From Ascoidea asiatica JCM 7603 (lineage: Eukaryota > Fungi > Ascomycota): DNA of 40,544 nucleotides. The notes beneath the pieces were generated by a model, which worked only from the letters and a program-made list of their open reading frames with translations, searched no databases and was not told where the DNA came from. Position 1 is the first letter of the stretch; each line of letters opens with the position of its first letter. The stretch lies in assembly GCA_001600695.1 (NCBI GenBank), contig BCKQ01000006.1:946862-987405 (forward strand). Reading direction: 5' to 3'. Below, one piece after another: positions 1 to 10,207 of the stretch. The translations under genes were made by a program, and so were the position numbers.

Positions 1-149
1 CATGTTAATACTTTCTGGTCACTCTTAAAACCTTCGGGCCCGATTTTAAATCCTTTGTCGGATTCAAATGCGGTTATTTTCCGGATTTTGGGTGATTTCC
101 GCTGAGCTTTTTCAAAAGTTCATTTTTCAAAAACGTGACAAAATTACTT

Positions 150-159
150 CCTAAATAGG
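150..159. promoter_or_regulatory. Mcm1/CArG-box-like site
   Basis: CCTAAATAGG fits CC(W)6GG and lies in the near-palindrome TTCCTAAATAGGAA; motif match only. Confidence 0.4.
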
Positions 160-167
160 AAATAATA

Positions 168-209
168 TCTGCAAATAGAGATGTTGTGTCTGCAAATAGA
201 GATGATGTG
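168..209. repeat. 21-bp tandem duplication
   Basis: TCTGCAAATAGAGATGTTGTG followed directly by TCTGCAAATAGAGATGATGTG (1 mismatch). Confidence 0.9.
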
Positions 210-220
210 ACTTCACTTAG

Positions 221-276
221 TATTTCTCCGTCATGAGCTCACAGTTCCAAAACTGTGAGCTCATGACGGAGAAATA
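221..276. repeat. Perfect inverted repeat, 26-bp arms, 4-nt loop
   Basis: TATTTCTCCGTCATGAGCTCACAGTT-CCAA-AACTGTGAGCTCATGACGGAGAAATA. Confidence 0.97.
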
Positions 277-649
277 AGATCCCTGTTATTTTTGAGAACA
301 ACTCCAGACACGAAGTTAAAGAAATAACTAAATACACTTTGCGAAGTCCTTATGGACCTCCATTGGCTCTTTTAAATCCTTGTTAGGTCAGGTGACTTGA
401 TACTGAACAAGGGTTGTTGGCAAGCCATTAAAGTACACTCCTTGTTAACCTAAATAGTACCTGAATTTAGTTTTAAATGGCGAAGTGCGGCTCATATAAC
501 TTTCCCTCCCTGATGAAATGAGAGTAAGACGCTGGTTTGAGTGAGGTCTAGATCTATGTTTTGCGTCACTCACGGAGATTTGCACCTTAAAAGGATTGCC
601 AGACTTCTTTTCGTGCGTGTGAATTTCAAATAATCAAATAGAGCCCTGA

Positions 650-708
650 TAGCCCTAAAGTCCATTTATTTTTCAGTTTTTTGCCCAGGGCTCTGACACG
701 GTTAGGGC
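650..708. promoter_or_regulatory. Pair of inverted Tbf1-like sites upstream of SMB1
   Basis: TAGCCCTAA at 650-658 and TTAGGGC at 702-708; motif match only. Confidence 0.35.
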
Positions 709-902
709 TTCTTTCACTCTTAGGACTTTTAGAAATTTATAAATTTTAATGTAATTTATAAATTTAAGCTGAGTTGAATTTTATAATCAATTGAAATTTA
801 ATAAACAGTTTCATTCTTTTTAGATTATCAATAGATTATATTTATCGTATTATAATTCTAACTCAGATTATCTTATTGAATAATTTAATATATCCATCAA
901 AA

Positions 903-1448
903 ATGGCAGTTATAAGTGTGTCCAAAAGGACAAAAATGGCAGATTTATTGCATTATAAAATCAAAGTTATTTCTTTGGATGGAAGAGAAATTGTTGGTGA
1001 ACTATTATCTTTTGATAAACATATGAATTTAGTATTGGCTGATTGTGAAGAATTTAGAATTACAAATAAATCAAAATATGCTATAAAAGATGCAAAAAGA
1101 TCTGGTGTTTCAAATACAAAGCATTTAATAAAAGAAGATAAAAGAGCTTTAGGATTAATAATCTTAAGAGGTGAACATGTTATCGGAATGAATGTTGTAG
1201 CTCCACCCAAATCTAATACTAATTTACCTCCAGTTTCAAGTAATATATCTTCTTCAGCTGCAAAATTAGGATTAAATTTAAAAAAATCTTATGGTATAAG
1301 TAAACCATTAAATACCAATTTAAATGCTAATTCCAATTCTAATATCAATAAAAACAATCTTGCAAATGTTTTATCCGCCCCAATACGTACTATACAGAAT
1401 CAAAATACTCGGATAGTGAAACCACCAACTGGATCCAAGAGATATTAA
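903..1448 (+). CDS. SMB1: Spliceosomal Sm protein B
   Basis: Sm1 motif (DGREIVGELLSFDKHMNLVLADCEEFR) and Sm2 motif (KRALGLIILRGEHV). The ORF track starts at a TTG; the first ATG is 903 (MAVISVSKRTKMADLL). Confidence 0.93.
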   Translation: MAVISVSKRTKMADLLHYKIKVISLDGREIVGELLSFDKHMNLVLADCEEFRITNKSKYAIKDAKRSGVSNTKHLIKEDKRALGLIILRGEHVIGMNVVAPPKSNTNLPPVSSNISSSAAKLGLNLKKSYGISKPLNTNLNANSNSNINKNNLANVLSAPIRTIQNQNTRIVKPPTGSKRY

Positions 1449-2260
1449 TGCTGGTGACAAAAACACATTATAAAACCAAAATATTTTCAATCTTTTTTTT
1501 TTACCTTCCTTCTATTTTTATAAATTTTTTTCTTTGATCTCAATCTGCCATTTAATTTTTTTCTTTTTTAAATAAAACTGTATTAATACTAAATAATTTC
1601 AAGTCTGGCAATTTTATTAATTTCATCAAACAAACTCTGAATCTAGAAAGAAAATTGTTTGGAGACCACATCTCTGGGGTTTATACCGGAATTTTAATTT
1701 TAATGTTCAATTCCGACTATATATCGTGACTTTCGACCGCTTTTATTTCTTATCTCTGGACGATTCTCCTAAAAGAAATCTTCAAAATGGTAAATATCGG
1801 ATAAACAGACAATTCTCATTAGATTAACCTTTTAATCAATTCATCATATTCATAAATATTCATTCTATTCTTAAATATTTATTGTAGTTCTTAATATTTA
1901 TAACGATTAAATCAAGTAGATCAATTAGATTAAGTAATTTCAACCAAATCAAATAGATAAAATAAATCTAATAAAGCAAGTAATTCCAATAAAATCAATA
2001 TTTACTCGACTCGATTATACATTACAACTCTGTTCAAATTATTATTAACTAAACGATTGCTTACTTTTCAATTCTCCTTTTTTAATATTCAATTATAATA
2101 ACTTTTCATATAAATATAGTCGATTTTTTTATATTTCATCATTAAAATTGAAATCGGAATTCTACTTTTTCTAAAAGAGAAAAAACATTATTCTAAAGAA
2201 CAAAATCATTTATTCTACTCGATTTCATAATAAATATTTTTCCAAAAAAGGCAAAAAAAA

Positions 2261-3499
2261 ATGGATATTAATGTAACAATACCCAAACATTCAATAATTG
2301 ATAATTCTTATATTGTTTATCATGTTCAGGTTTCTCTACCTTTAAAGAACTTTACTTTACAAAAAAGGTTTAGTGATTTTGAAAAATTGATAAAAAATAT
2401 GGAATCTTATCTTAATAATTCAATCAAATTTCCACTAAAATTACCTGAAAAAGAATTTAATTTTATCAAATTCAAATTTCAAAAAAAAAATTTGAATGAT
2501 TTAGATTTAATTGATTATAGAAAATCAAAATTACAAGATTTTTTACAATCAATTTTAAATGATAAAAGTTTATTTGATTGGAAAATTTCAAAACCATTCA
2601 AAGAATTTTTAAATCTACCAAATTTATCTTCAAACACTTTTACTTCTTCTAATAGTATTAATAGCAATAATAGTTCTTCTTCAAATTTAAAAAATTTATC
2701 AAATTTATCCTCTTTTTCTTTAACTCAATTAAAAAGAGATAAAGATAGTCCAATAATTGATATAAATTTATGGTTAGAAACCATAAGAGAATGTAAAAAT
2801 TATTTACAAGATGCAAGATCGAATTTATTTAATAATCAATATGACACTAGAAAAAATTTAATTTTAGTTAATTCAAAATTTAATTTATTATCAGATGGTT
2901 TAGAATTTCATAAAGAAAATAGAATCTTAGGTCCTGGAGAAATTAGAAGAAGAAATGATTTATTAAATTCCATTAAATTAGATCATAAAAATATAGATAT
3001 ATTATTATCTTCAATTATTTCAAATAATCAATCAATAGATAATCGTCAATCAAATTCAATTAATGAAAAATTATCTCATTCGAATACAATAAATTATACA
3101 ATAGCAAATAATAACTTCAATTCTCAATCAAATAATTTTTATTTAAAACAAGATAAAAGTGATGATGACTTAAATCAATTAAATTCAAATTCAAATTCAA
3201 ACTCTTTATTTAACAGTTCAAGTAGAAGAATTTTTGGTAAACCATTACAAGAAACAAATTTAACAAGAAGCCTAAATAGTGATCAATTATTACAGCATCA
3301 AAAACAAATTTTCAAAAATCAAGATAATGAATTGAAATCTCTTAATAATATTGTTTCAAATCAAAAAAATATCTCAATTCAAATTCATAATGAGTTAACT
3401 TTACATAATAATATCCTAGAAGAATTTAACAGAGATGTTGATAAAGCTCAAAATAAATTACGTTATGCAAGTAAAAAAACTAAAAAGCTTTATGAGTAA
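2261..3499 (+). CDS. VAM7: Vacuolar Qc-SNARE with N-terminal PX domain and no transmembrane segment
   Basis: PX domain (YIVYHVQV...KRFSDFEKL...PLKLPEK...RKSKLQDFL), LGPGEIRRRNDLL, PLQET linker and C-terminal SNARE coil. Confidence 0.9.
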   Translation: MDINVTIPKHSIIDNSYIVYHVQVSLPLKNFTLQKRFSDFEKLIKNMESYLNNSIKFPLKLPEKEFNFIKFKFQKKNLNDLDLIDYRKSKLQDFLQSILNDKSLFDWKISKPFKEFLNLPNLSSNTFTSSNSINSNNSSSSNLKNLSNLSSFSLTQLKRDKDSPIIDINLWLETIRECKNYLQDARSNLFNNQYDTRKNLILVNSKFNLLSDGLEFHKENRILGPGEIRRRNDLLNSIKLDHKNIDILLSSIISNNQSIDNRQSNSINEKLSHSNTINYTIANNNFNSQSNNFYLKQDKSDDDLNQLNSNSNSNSLFNSSSRRIFGKPLQETNLTRSLNSDQLLQHQKQIFKNQDNELKSLNNIVSNQKNISIQIHNELTLHNNILEEFNRDVDKAQNKLRYASKKTKKLYE

Positions 3500-3869
3500 T
3501 AAATATCAATGTGAATATAAGTATGAGTATGAATAAAATTTTTTTAAAACTTTTAATATATTTTGTTGTTGCCAATTAATTTCTGCTTCTTTTGTCATTT
3601 GTGATTTCAATGTTTTTAATGTTTACTTATTTTTGTTTTGTTATTTTATTATTTCGCTAATTTGTTATTTCGTTGTTCTATTTCATTTAACTTTTTTCTC
3701 TTTTTGTTTTTAATTTCTAGATTTGCTTTTCATTTTAAATTCATTCAATACCTCATTCCACTTATCACAAGCTTGAAAAATAATTTATATAATAATATAT
3801 TTACATCACCTTTTGCATAACTACATTATCAGTTTTCTTTTGTAATATGGTATTATATTTATAATAGTT

Positions 3870-5753
3870 TTAATATCTAACTTCATATGAACCGGCTTTG
3901 GATATATATCTAACCCATTTAACAGTTGAATATCCACTATCCTCAATAACTCTCAAATATTTGATTGTTAATCCAGATAAACTAAAAGAATTTAAAGTGA
4001 AATCTAAACTTATTGGAGCTCTGGACCAATTGATTAAATTAACATTCAAACTTCCAAGGTCTTTATCTTTATTACTATTATTGTATAATTCTTTCATAGA
4101 ATCATCTAATTTTTTATTATTATCGCTTAAGTCATTATTTCTATTTTCAAAATCATTCAAATCACTAAACTCATCAATATCATCAAAATTATCTCCATTT
4201 TCACCGGAATTTAAATTCACATTAGAAGTTGATTTAGATCTATTCAAAGATATTGATTGTGGATTTTGAATTTGTTGATTTGTTGATTGAGAAGGAACAA
4301 TTTCAATATTTCCTTTGAAAAAGTGTTCTAAATTACCTTGGAATTTATTAATTCTCCAGATAATCTTATTTTCTTCAGGAATGAATTTTGCTTTACCTCC
4401 ACTGATTGCATTTGTGAATTTAATTGTACCAATTGGTACAGGTATTGAAATTAAGATATTTGAATTTAAAGATTTTTCGTATAGACTTTTGATTTTGATG
4501 TTATATTCGATTCTACTTTTACTTAATTCTTTAACATTAGTTGATAATTTATAAGGTAATTTAATATTCTCTATTGCTCTATATCTCATTAACTCAAAAT
4601 CACCATCTGGAGGTATAAATGAAATTAATCTATCTTGATCAAATTTTTCTAATTGAACGCACTGATGAAACTTACAATCTTCTAATTTGACATTCAAGTC
4701 TTTTTTTTTATCACTTAAATCAGATAAATTTTGTTGAAGGATTTGATTTTGATTTAAATTAGATGTAAATTCATTACCATTCATTATTAAAGAATCATTT
4801 AACCCAAATTTACATTTTGGAATACCAGATAAATGAGATTTCATCTTGATAAAACCGTCAACATATAATCTTAGTACTGAACCATTTGAGCTCATCAAAA
4901 GATTCAAATTTTCATAAACATCAAGAAATACTTGATTTTTTCTATATTTGATACCTAAAGGTCTCCAAGATATTTCACTTGTTGATTGTTTAGTAGTAAT
5001 CGAATTTTTGATATTATTACTGGATTTTAAATGATCTTTTGATTTATTTAAATTGTTCATTATGTTCAATTTATTTTTAAGATTCGAAGAAGAGGAATAA
5101 TGAGATAAGGATAAAGAATTTGAATTCGAGCTTGAACCAGTTGACAATATGTTTTTGCTAGATTTTGGAATTGTGATATATTGTTTTAAAGTTATGGGAT
5201 CCATATTTTGTGGATATCCGAAATCTAAAACTTCATTTAAAAGATCATAAATCCAAATATAATTGGCTTTTATATGATTTTCATTTAAAGAATAATTTGA
5301 ATATTTATTTGTTAAGTCATTTTTTATATTCATTAAATTTAAATTTGAGGAATTTGGATTTTTTGATAAATTTGAATCTGAATTTATTGTGATTCCAATA
5401 TTTGATTTGTTATTTAAATTGATCGAAGAATTTTGATTTAAATTTTGATTTATACTTGAAACAGAATCACCCAATATATAATTATTTAATAAATTCAAAA
5501 ATTTATATAAAAACTCAAAAATTATACTAGCATCTTGATTTGAACGAGTAATTGCTACGAACCAGAGATTTGAATTTTTTATATGTAAAAATGTAGTTGA
5601 ACCTAATGTTAATACAGGAGATCTAATTTCATTAGCAGAGGAAATAACTTGAATTCTAAACACATCAGAGATATTTTTTTTGACATCATCTCTAAATAGT
5701 TTAGATATTATAGGTTCCCCCTTTTGGTTGAATATAAAAAAAGCAGATATCAT
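3870..5753 (-). CDS. APM4: AP-2 clathrin adaptor mu subunit
   Basis: MISAFFIFNQKGEPIIS...DVFRIQVIS...RSPVLTLGSTTF; DCKFHQCV; FIPPDGDFELMRYR; C-terminal KWVRYISKAGSYEVRY; Asn-rich insertions. Confidence 0.93.
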   Translation of the reverse strand: MISAFFIFNQKGEPIISKLFRDDVKKNISDVFRIQVISSANEIRSPVLTLGSTTFLHIKNSNLWFVAITRSNQDASIIFEFLYKFLNLLNNYILGDSVSSINQNLNQNSSINLNNKSNIGITINSDSNLSKNPNSSNLNLMNIKNDLTNKYSNYSLNENHIKANYIWIYDLLNEVLDFGYPQNMDPITLKQYITIPKSSKNILSTGSSSNSNSLSLSHYSSSSNLKNKLNIMNNLNKSKDHLKSSNNIKNSITTKQSTSEISWRPLGIKYRKNQVFLDVYENLNLLMSSNGSVLRLYVDGFIKMKSHLSGIPKCKFGLNDSLIMNGNEFTSNLNQNQILQQNLSDLSDKKKDLNVKLEDCKFHQCVQLEKFDQDRLISFIPPDGDFELMRYRAIENIKLPYKLSTNVKELSKSRIEYNIKIKSLYEKSLNSNILISIPVPIGTIKFTNAISGGKAKFIPEENKIIWRINKFQGNLEHFFKGNIEIVPSQSTNQQIQNPQSISLNRSKSTSNVNLNSGENGDNFDDIDEFSDLNDFENRNNDLSDNNKKLDDSMKELYNNSNKDKDLGSLNVNLINWSRAPISLDFTLNSFSLSGLTIKYLRVIEDSGYSTVKWVRYISKAGSYEVRY

Positions 5754-6127
5754 AGCAATGAGAATTCTTAGATAGCATAAAATTGGATAAATTTCAATTT
5801 TTTAAATGTATTCAATTAAAATAAGCAAACATTGAACTAAAAATCACAAGAAAATTAAGTAGAAACTGAAAGATTTGTTACAAACTTAAGGAATTCTGAC
5901 AAATATATTTTTCATTGGCACTATTGTTGTACCCTTATTTCATCATTTCATCATTTCAATATTATTTCAGCATTTCATTATTTCAAGAACCTTCATTATT
6001 TAATTTTGAAGGTGTCCACTTTTGCAGTGGGACCTTAAACCGGAATTGAAAACCGAGGGTACTGAAAATTTGTAATTACACATGTATAAAATGCACATAA
6101 ATACAGTAATTTGCATTAAGATTTTTT

Positions 6128-6159
6128 TTTTAATCAGGATCTTTAAATCCTGATTAAAA
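6128..6159. repeat. Perfect inverted repeat, 13-bp arms, in the APM4/COP1 divergent promoter
   Basis: TTTTAATCAGGAT-CTTTAA-ATCCTGATTAAAA. Confidence 0.9.
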
Positions 6160-6194
6160 GGGTTAAATGAACGTAGCGTTCGAAATTCAAAATA

Positions 6195-6248
6195 TCACGT
6201 GTAACCACTTTTGAAACTTAATATTCGGGGGCTTCTTTGTGCGGGTAA
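6195..6248. promoter_or_regulatory. Cbf1-like E-box and Reb1-like site upstream of COP1
   Basis: TCACGTG at 6195-6201 and CGGGTAA at 6242-6248; motif matches only. Confidence 0.4.
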
Positions 6249-6493
6249 CAACCTGTATATTTTGAACACGATTCATCCTTCCTTTTTCCAGAGTGGTGAC
6301 AAATCTGAAATATCACCAATAGCTTCTCTAAACAAAATCACCAAAACACTTAATTTCAAACAGTCTCTTTTCAGTTCTATTCTTTTTCAGCTGAAATAAA
6401 TTTCAATTATATTTTTATAACCATTTTTATAGACGTTAATTAATTATAGCTGATTGTCGTGATCTAAAGTAAAATTTATATATTTTGCCCATC

Positions 6494-9400
6494 ATGAAGA
6501 TGCTAACAAAGTTCGAGTCGAAGTCTTCTCGTGCTAAATGTGTTGCTTTTCATCCAACAAGACCATGGATTCTTGTTTCTTTACATTCCTCTAAGATTCA
6601 ATTATGGGATTATAGAATGGGTACTTTAATTGACCGTTTTGAAGGTCATGGTGGCCCTGTTAGAACTGTCGCTTTCCATCCAACTCAACCAATTTTTGCT
6701 TCTGGTGGTGATGATTATACAATTAAAATCTGGTCATTAACAACCAGAAAATGCATGTACACTTTAAATGGACATTTAGATTATGTCAGAACTGTTTCTT
6801 TTCATAATGAACTACCTTGGTTATTGTCTTGTTCTGATGATCAAACCATAAGAATTTGGAATTTTATAAATAGACAAGAAATCTCAGTAATCACTGGTCA
6901 TAATCATTATGTAATGAGTGCTCAATTCCACCCAAGTCAAGATTTAATTGTTTCTGCTTCTTTAGATCAAACTGTAAGAGTTTGGGATATATCTGGCTTA
7001 AGAAAAAAACATTCTGCTGGCTCAATGGGTATGGGCTCAAATGGTTCAATGGGCCCTAATTCTTCAATGGGAATGGGAAATCAAAGGTCATTTGATGATC
7101 CATTTGTAATCAGGGGTATGAATTCAAATGGTATTCCTCAACAAGATATATTTGGAAATACTGATGTTATTGTTAAATACGTCTTAGAAGGTCATGATAG
7201 AGGTGTAAATTGGGCTTCTTTCCATCCAACTTTACCTTTAATTGTATCTGGTGGTGATGATCGTTTAGTAAAATTATGGAGAATGTCTGAAAATAAAGCT
7301 TGGGAAGTGGATACTTGTAGAGGCCACACAAATAATGTAATTTGTTGTTTATTTCATCCAACTCAAGATTTAATTATTTCCGTTGGTGAAGATAAAACTT
7401 TAAGAACTTGGGATTTGAATAAAAGAACATTAGTTAAACAATTTAAAAGGGAAAAGGATAGATTTTGGTTGATTGCTTCTCATCCTACTATAAACCTTTT
7501 TGCAACTGCACACGATTCGGGTGTAATGGTTTTTAAACTTGAAAGAGAAAGGCCTGCACATTCAATCTTTCAAAATCAATTATATTTCATAAATAATGAT
7601 AAGCAAGTTCAAATTTTTGACTATAATAAAAACTCAACTTCTCAACCTTTGTTATCTTTGAAAAAAATCGGTAAATCTTGGACTGTTTTAAGAACTTTAT
7701 CTTATAATCCTGCAGAACGTTCGATTTTAGTTACAACAGGTTCAGGTGAAGCAAATCCAATTTATGCTTTGATTCCATTACCTTCTGATGTAAGTGGTGC
7801 AATTGAGCCAATGGATATTCGTCAAGGTTCTGGATTACATGCAGTTTTCATTGCAAGAAATAGATTTGTTGTTTATGATCCTGAAAAATCTGCACTTGAA
7901 GTCAAAGATTTGAATAATTCAACAACAAAGGCCATCAAAATAGATGATACTGGTTTAATTGATGTTGTTTACGGAGGTGCAGGTTGTGTATTAATTTTAA
8001 AGAAAAGTTCAGTGGTTTTATTTGATGTTCAACAAAAGAAGCAAATAGCTGAAGTTTCTTCGAATAATGTCAAATATGTTTCTTGGTCTTTAGATGGCCA
8101 ATACTTAGCTTTATTATCAAAACATACTATCACCATTGTTAATAAAAAATTGCAGATTATTACTTCAATGCATGAAACTATCAGAATAAAATCAGCAGCA
8201 TGGGATGATACTGGAGTTTTATTATATTCAACTTTAAATCATATTAAATACACTTTATTAAATGGTGACAATGGTATTATTAAAACTCTTGATAACACTG
8301 TTTATATCACTAAAGTTCATGCCACAAATTGTTATGTTTTAACAAGATCAGGAACTGTTGAAGTTATCAAAATTGATCCTACTGAGTATAGATTCAAAAA
8401 GGCATTAGTTAATAAGAATTTTAATGAAGTTCTTAGAATTATAAAAAAATCAAATTTAGTTGGTCAGAATATTATTGCTTATTTACAGAAAAAAGGTTAT
8501 CCTGATATTGCCTTACTGTTTGTTGAAGATTCAGAAACTAGATTTGAATTAGCTATTGAATGTGGTAATATTGAAGTTGCTTTAGATGAAGCTAAAAAAT
8601 TGGATAATACTGTATCTTGGGAAAATCTTGGTAAAGAAGCCTTACTGCAAGGTAATATCAAAATTGTTGAATTTGTCTACCAGAAATTATCTAATTTGGA
8701 TAAACTTTCATTCTTATATCTCATAACTGGAGATGTTGAAAAATTATCTAAGATGGAAGCAATTTCTCAACGTAGACAAGATATCAGTTCTTTTATTCAA
8801 AATTCCATTTATTTAAATTCAGTTGAGAAAAGAGCACAAGCTTTCTCTCAACATCATAATCTTCCATTAGCTTATGGTATGGCAATCTCTAATGGTTTAA
8901 ATGATTTGGCTGAGGAAATAATCGCTCAGCAAACTAATGAAGATGTAGATGAAGAAGGAAATTCATTATTTGATTCTAAAAATATTGTTTTACCTGATGG
9001 TATTTCTAGTGCCAATCTTTTAACTGTTGTTAGAGATGGAACTCAAAATTGGCCAATGAAACAGTCATCTGTTTCATTGCTAGAAAAGGCTATGATGGGT
9101 CAACTAGAAGATTTAACTATTGAAGATGAGCCAACTGATGATGTATCGGGTGTTGCAGGTGGTGATACTTTCGAGTCAGATAATATGTTTGAAGATGAGG
9201 ATCTTGGTGTTGATGATGGATGGGCCGATGAAAATCTTGATGTTAGTGATGTTGAAGAAGAAATTGATGATGTTGATGAAGGTGCTGTTGGATTAACCGA
9301 AACTGCTATATGGTTGCGTAATACTCGTTGTGCTGCAGGTCATATTGCAGCTGGTTCATTCGATACAGCTGCCCAAATGTTAAATAGACAATTAGGTATT

Positions 9401-10207
9401 GTTAATTTCGAACCATTAAGAGAAAGATTCATGGATGTATATTTATCTTCAAAATTATATATTCCTGGAAATGAAGGATTACCTCCAATTAAAGCATATA
9501 TAAGGTCAGATTCTAGTACAGATTCTACTCCTTTACCATATATTGGTGGATTTAATAATCTAGAAAGAAAAGTACAAGAGGGTTACAAACTATTTAAAGC
9601 TAATAATCTTAAGGAAGCAATAGAGGTTTTTAGAAAAATCATTTATACTATAACTACATTGGGTGTTTCTTCTCCTGAGGAAGAAGTGAAATGTGTTGAA
9701 TTATTACATTTATGTCGTGAATATATTCTTGGATTAACTATAGAATTAACACGTCGTTCATTGGCATCATCAAATATCAAAAGAAATCTTGAATTAGCAG
9801 CATATTTTACTAAAGTTAAATTACAACCTGCTCATAGAATAAATGCATTACAAGTTGCAATGACTCAAGCTTTTAAAAATAAAAATTTTGCTTCAGCATC
9901 ATATTTTGCAAAAGAATTTTTAGCAATTGCACGTTCAGGACCAAAAGCAGAAATGGCAAAGAAAATAGGAGCAAAAGCAGATCAATCAGGTCGTGATGCA
10001 GTTGAAATTAATTTTGATCCATATTCTTCATTTGATATTTGTGCAGCAACTTTATCACCTATATATAAAGGTGAACCTTTTGTAACAGAAGCATTAGTTG
10101 GAGCAAAATATCATGTTTCAGAAAAGGGTAAAATTTGTCATATTACTAAAATAACTCAAATAGGTGCACCAGCTTCTGGGTTAAGTTTAATATTGAAAGA
10201 TATTTAA
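6494..10207 (+). CDS. COP1: Coatomer alpha subunit (alpha-COP)
   Basis: MKMLTKFESKSSRAK start (ATG 6494), WD40 repeats (GHLDYVRTV, GHDRGVNWASFHPTLPLI), coatomer WDAD region and COPI C-terminal domain. Confidence 0.98.
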   Translation: MKMLTKFESKSSRAKCVAFHPTRPWILVSLHSSKIQLWDYRMGTLIDRFEGHGGPVRTVAFHPTQPIFASGGDDYTIKIWSLTTRKCMYTLNGHLDYVRTVSFHNELPWLLSCSDDQTIRIWNFINRQEISVITGHNHYVMSAQFHPSQDLIVSASLDQTVRVWDISGLRKKHSAGSMGMGSNGSMGPNSSMGMGNQRSFDDPFVIRGMNSNGIPQQDIFGNTDVIVKYVLEGHDRGVNWASFHPTLPLIVSGGDDRLVKLWRMSENKAWEVDTCRGHTNNVICCLFHPTQDLIISVGEDKTLRTWDLNKRTLVKQFKREKDRFWLIASHPTINLFATAHDSGVMVFKLERERPAHSIFQNQLYFINNDKQVQIFDYNKNSTSQPLLSLKKIGKSWTVLRTLSYNPAERSILVTTGSGEANPIYALIPLPSDVSGAIEPMDIRQGSGLHAVFIARNRFVVYDPEKSALEVKDLNNSTTKAIKIDDTGLIDVVYGGAGCVLILKKSSVVLFDVQQKKQIAEVSSNNVKYVSWSLDGQYLALLSKHTITIVNKKLQIITSMHETIRIKSAAWDDTGVLLYSTLNHIKYTLLNGDNGIIKTLDNTVYITKVHATNCYVLTRSGTVEVIKIDPTEYRFKKALVNKNFNEVLRIIKKSNLVGQNIIAYLQKKGYPDIALLFVEDSETRFELAIECGNIEVALDEAKKLDNTVSWENLGKEALLQGNIKIVEFVYQKLSNLDKLSFLYLITGDVEKLSKMEAISQRRQDISSFIQNSIYLNSVEKRAQAFSQHHNLPLAYGMAISNGLNDLAEEIIAQQTNEDVDEEGNSLFDSKNIVLPDGISSANLLTVVRDGTQNWPMKQSSVSLLEKAMMGQLEDLTIEDEPTDDVSGVAGGDTFESDNMFEDEDLGVDDGWADENLDVSDVEEEIDDVDEGAVGLTETAIWLRNTRCAAGHIAAGSFDTAAQMLNRQLGIVNFEPLRERFMDVYLSSKLYIPGNEGLPPIKAYIRSDSSTDSTPLPYIGGFNNLERKVQEGYKLFKANNLKEAIEVFRKIIYTITTLGVSSPEEEVKCVELLHLCREYILGLTIELTRRSLASSNIKRNLELAAYFTKVKLQPAHRINALQVAMTQAFKNKNFASASYFAKEFLAIARSGPKAEMAKKIGAKADQSGRDAVEINFDPYSSFDICAATLSPIYKGEPFVTEALVGAKYHVSEKGKICHITKITQIGAPASGLSLILKDI

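Noticed and set aside
1-3. CAT as the start codon of a minus-strand gene leaving the window
   Set aside because: Cannot be tested without flanking sequence
1705-1722. CAATTCCGACTA resembling the RNase P CR-V motif
   Set aside because: No matching upstream P4 strand; the upstream DNA is the SMB1 3' end and AT-rich UTR
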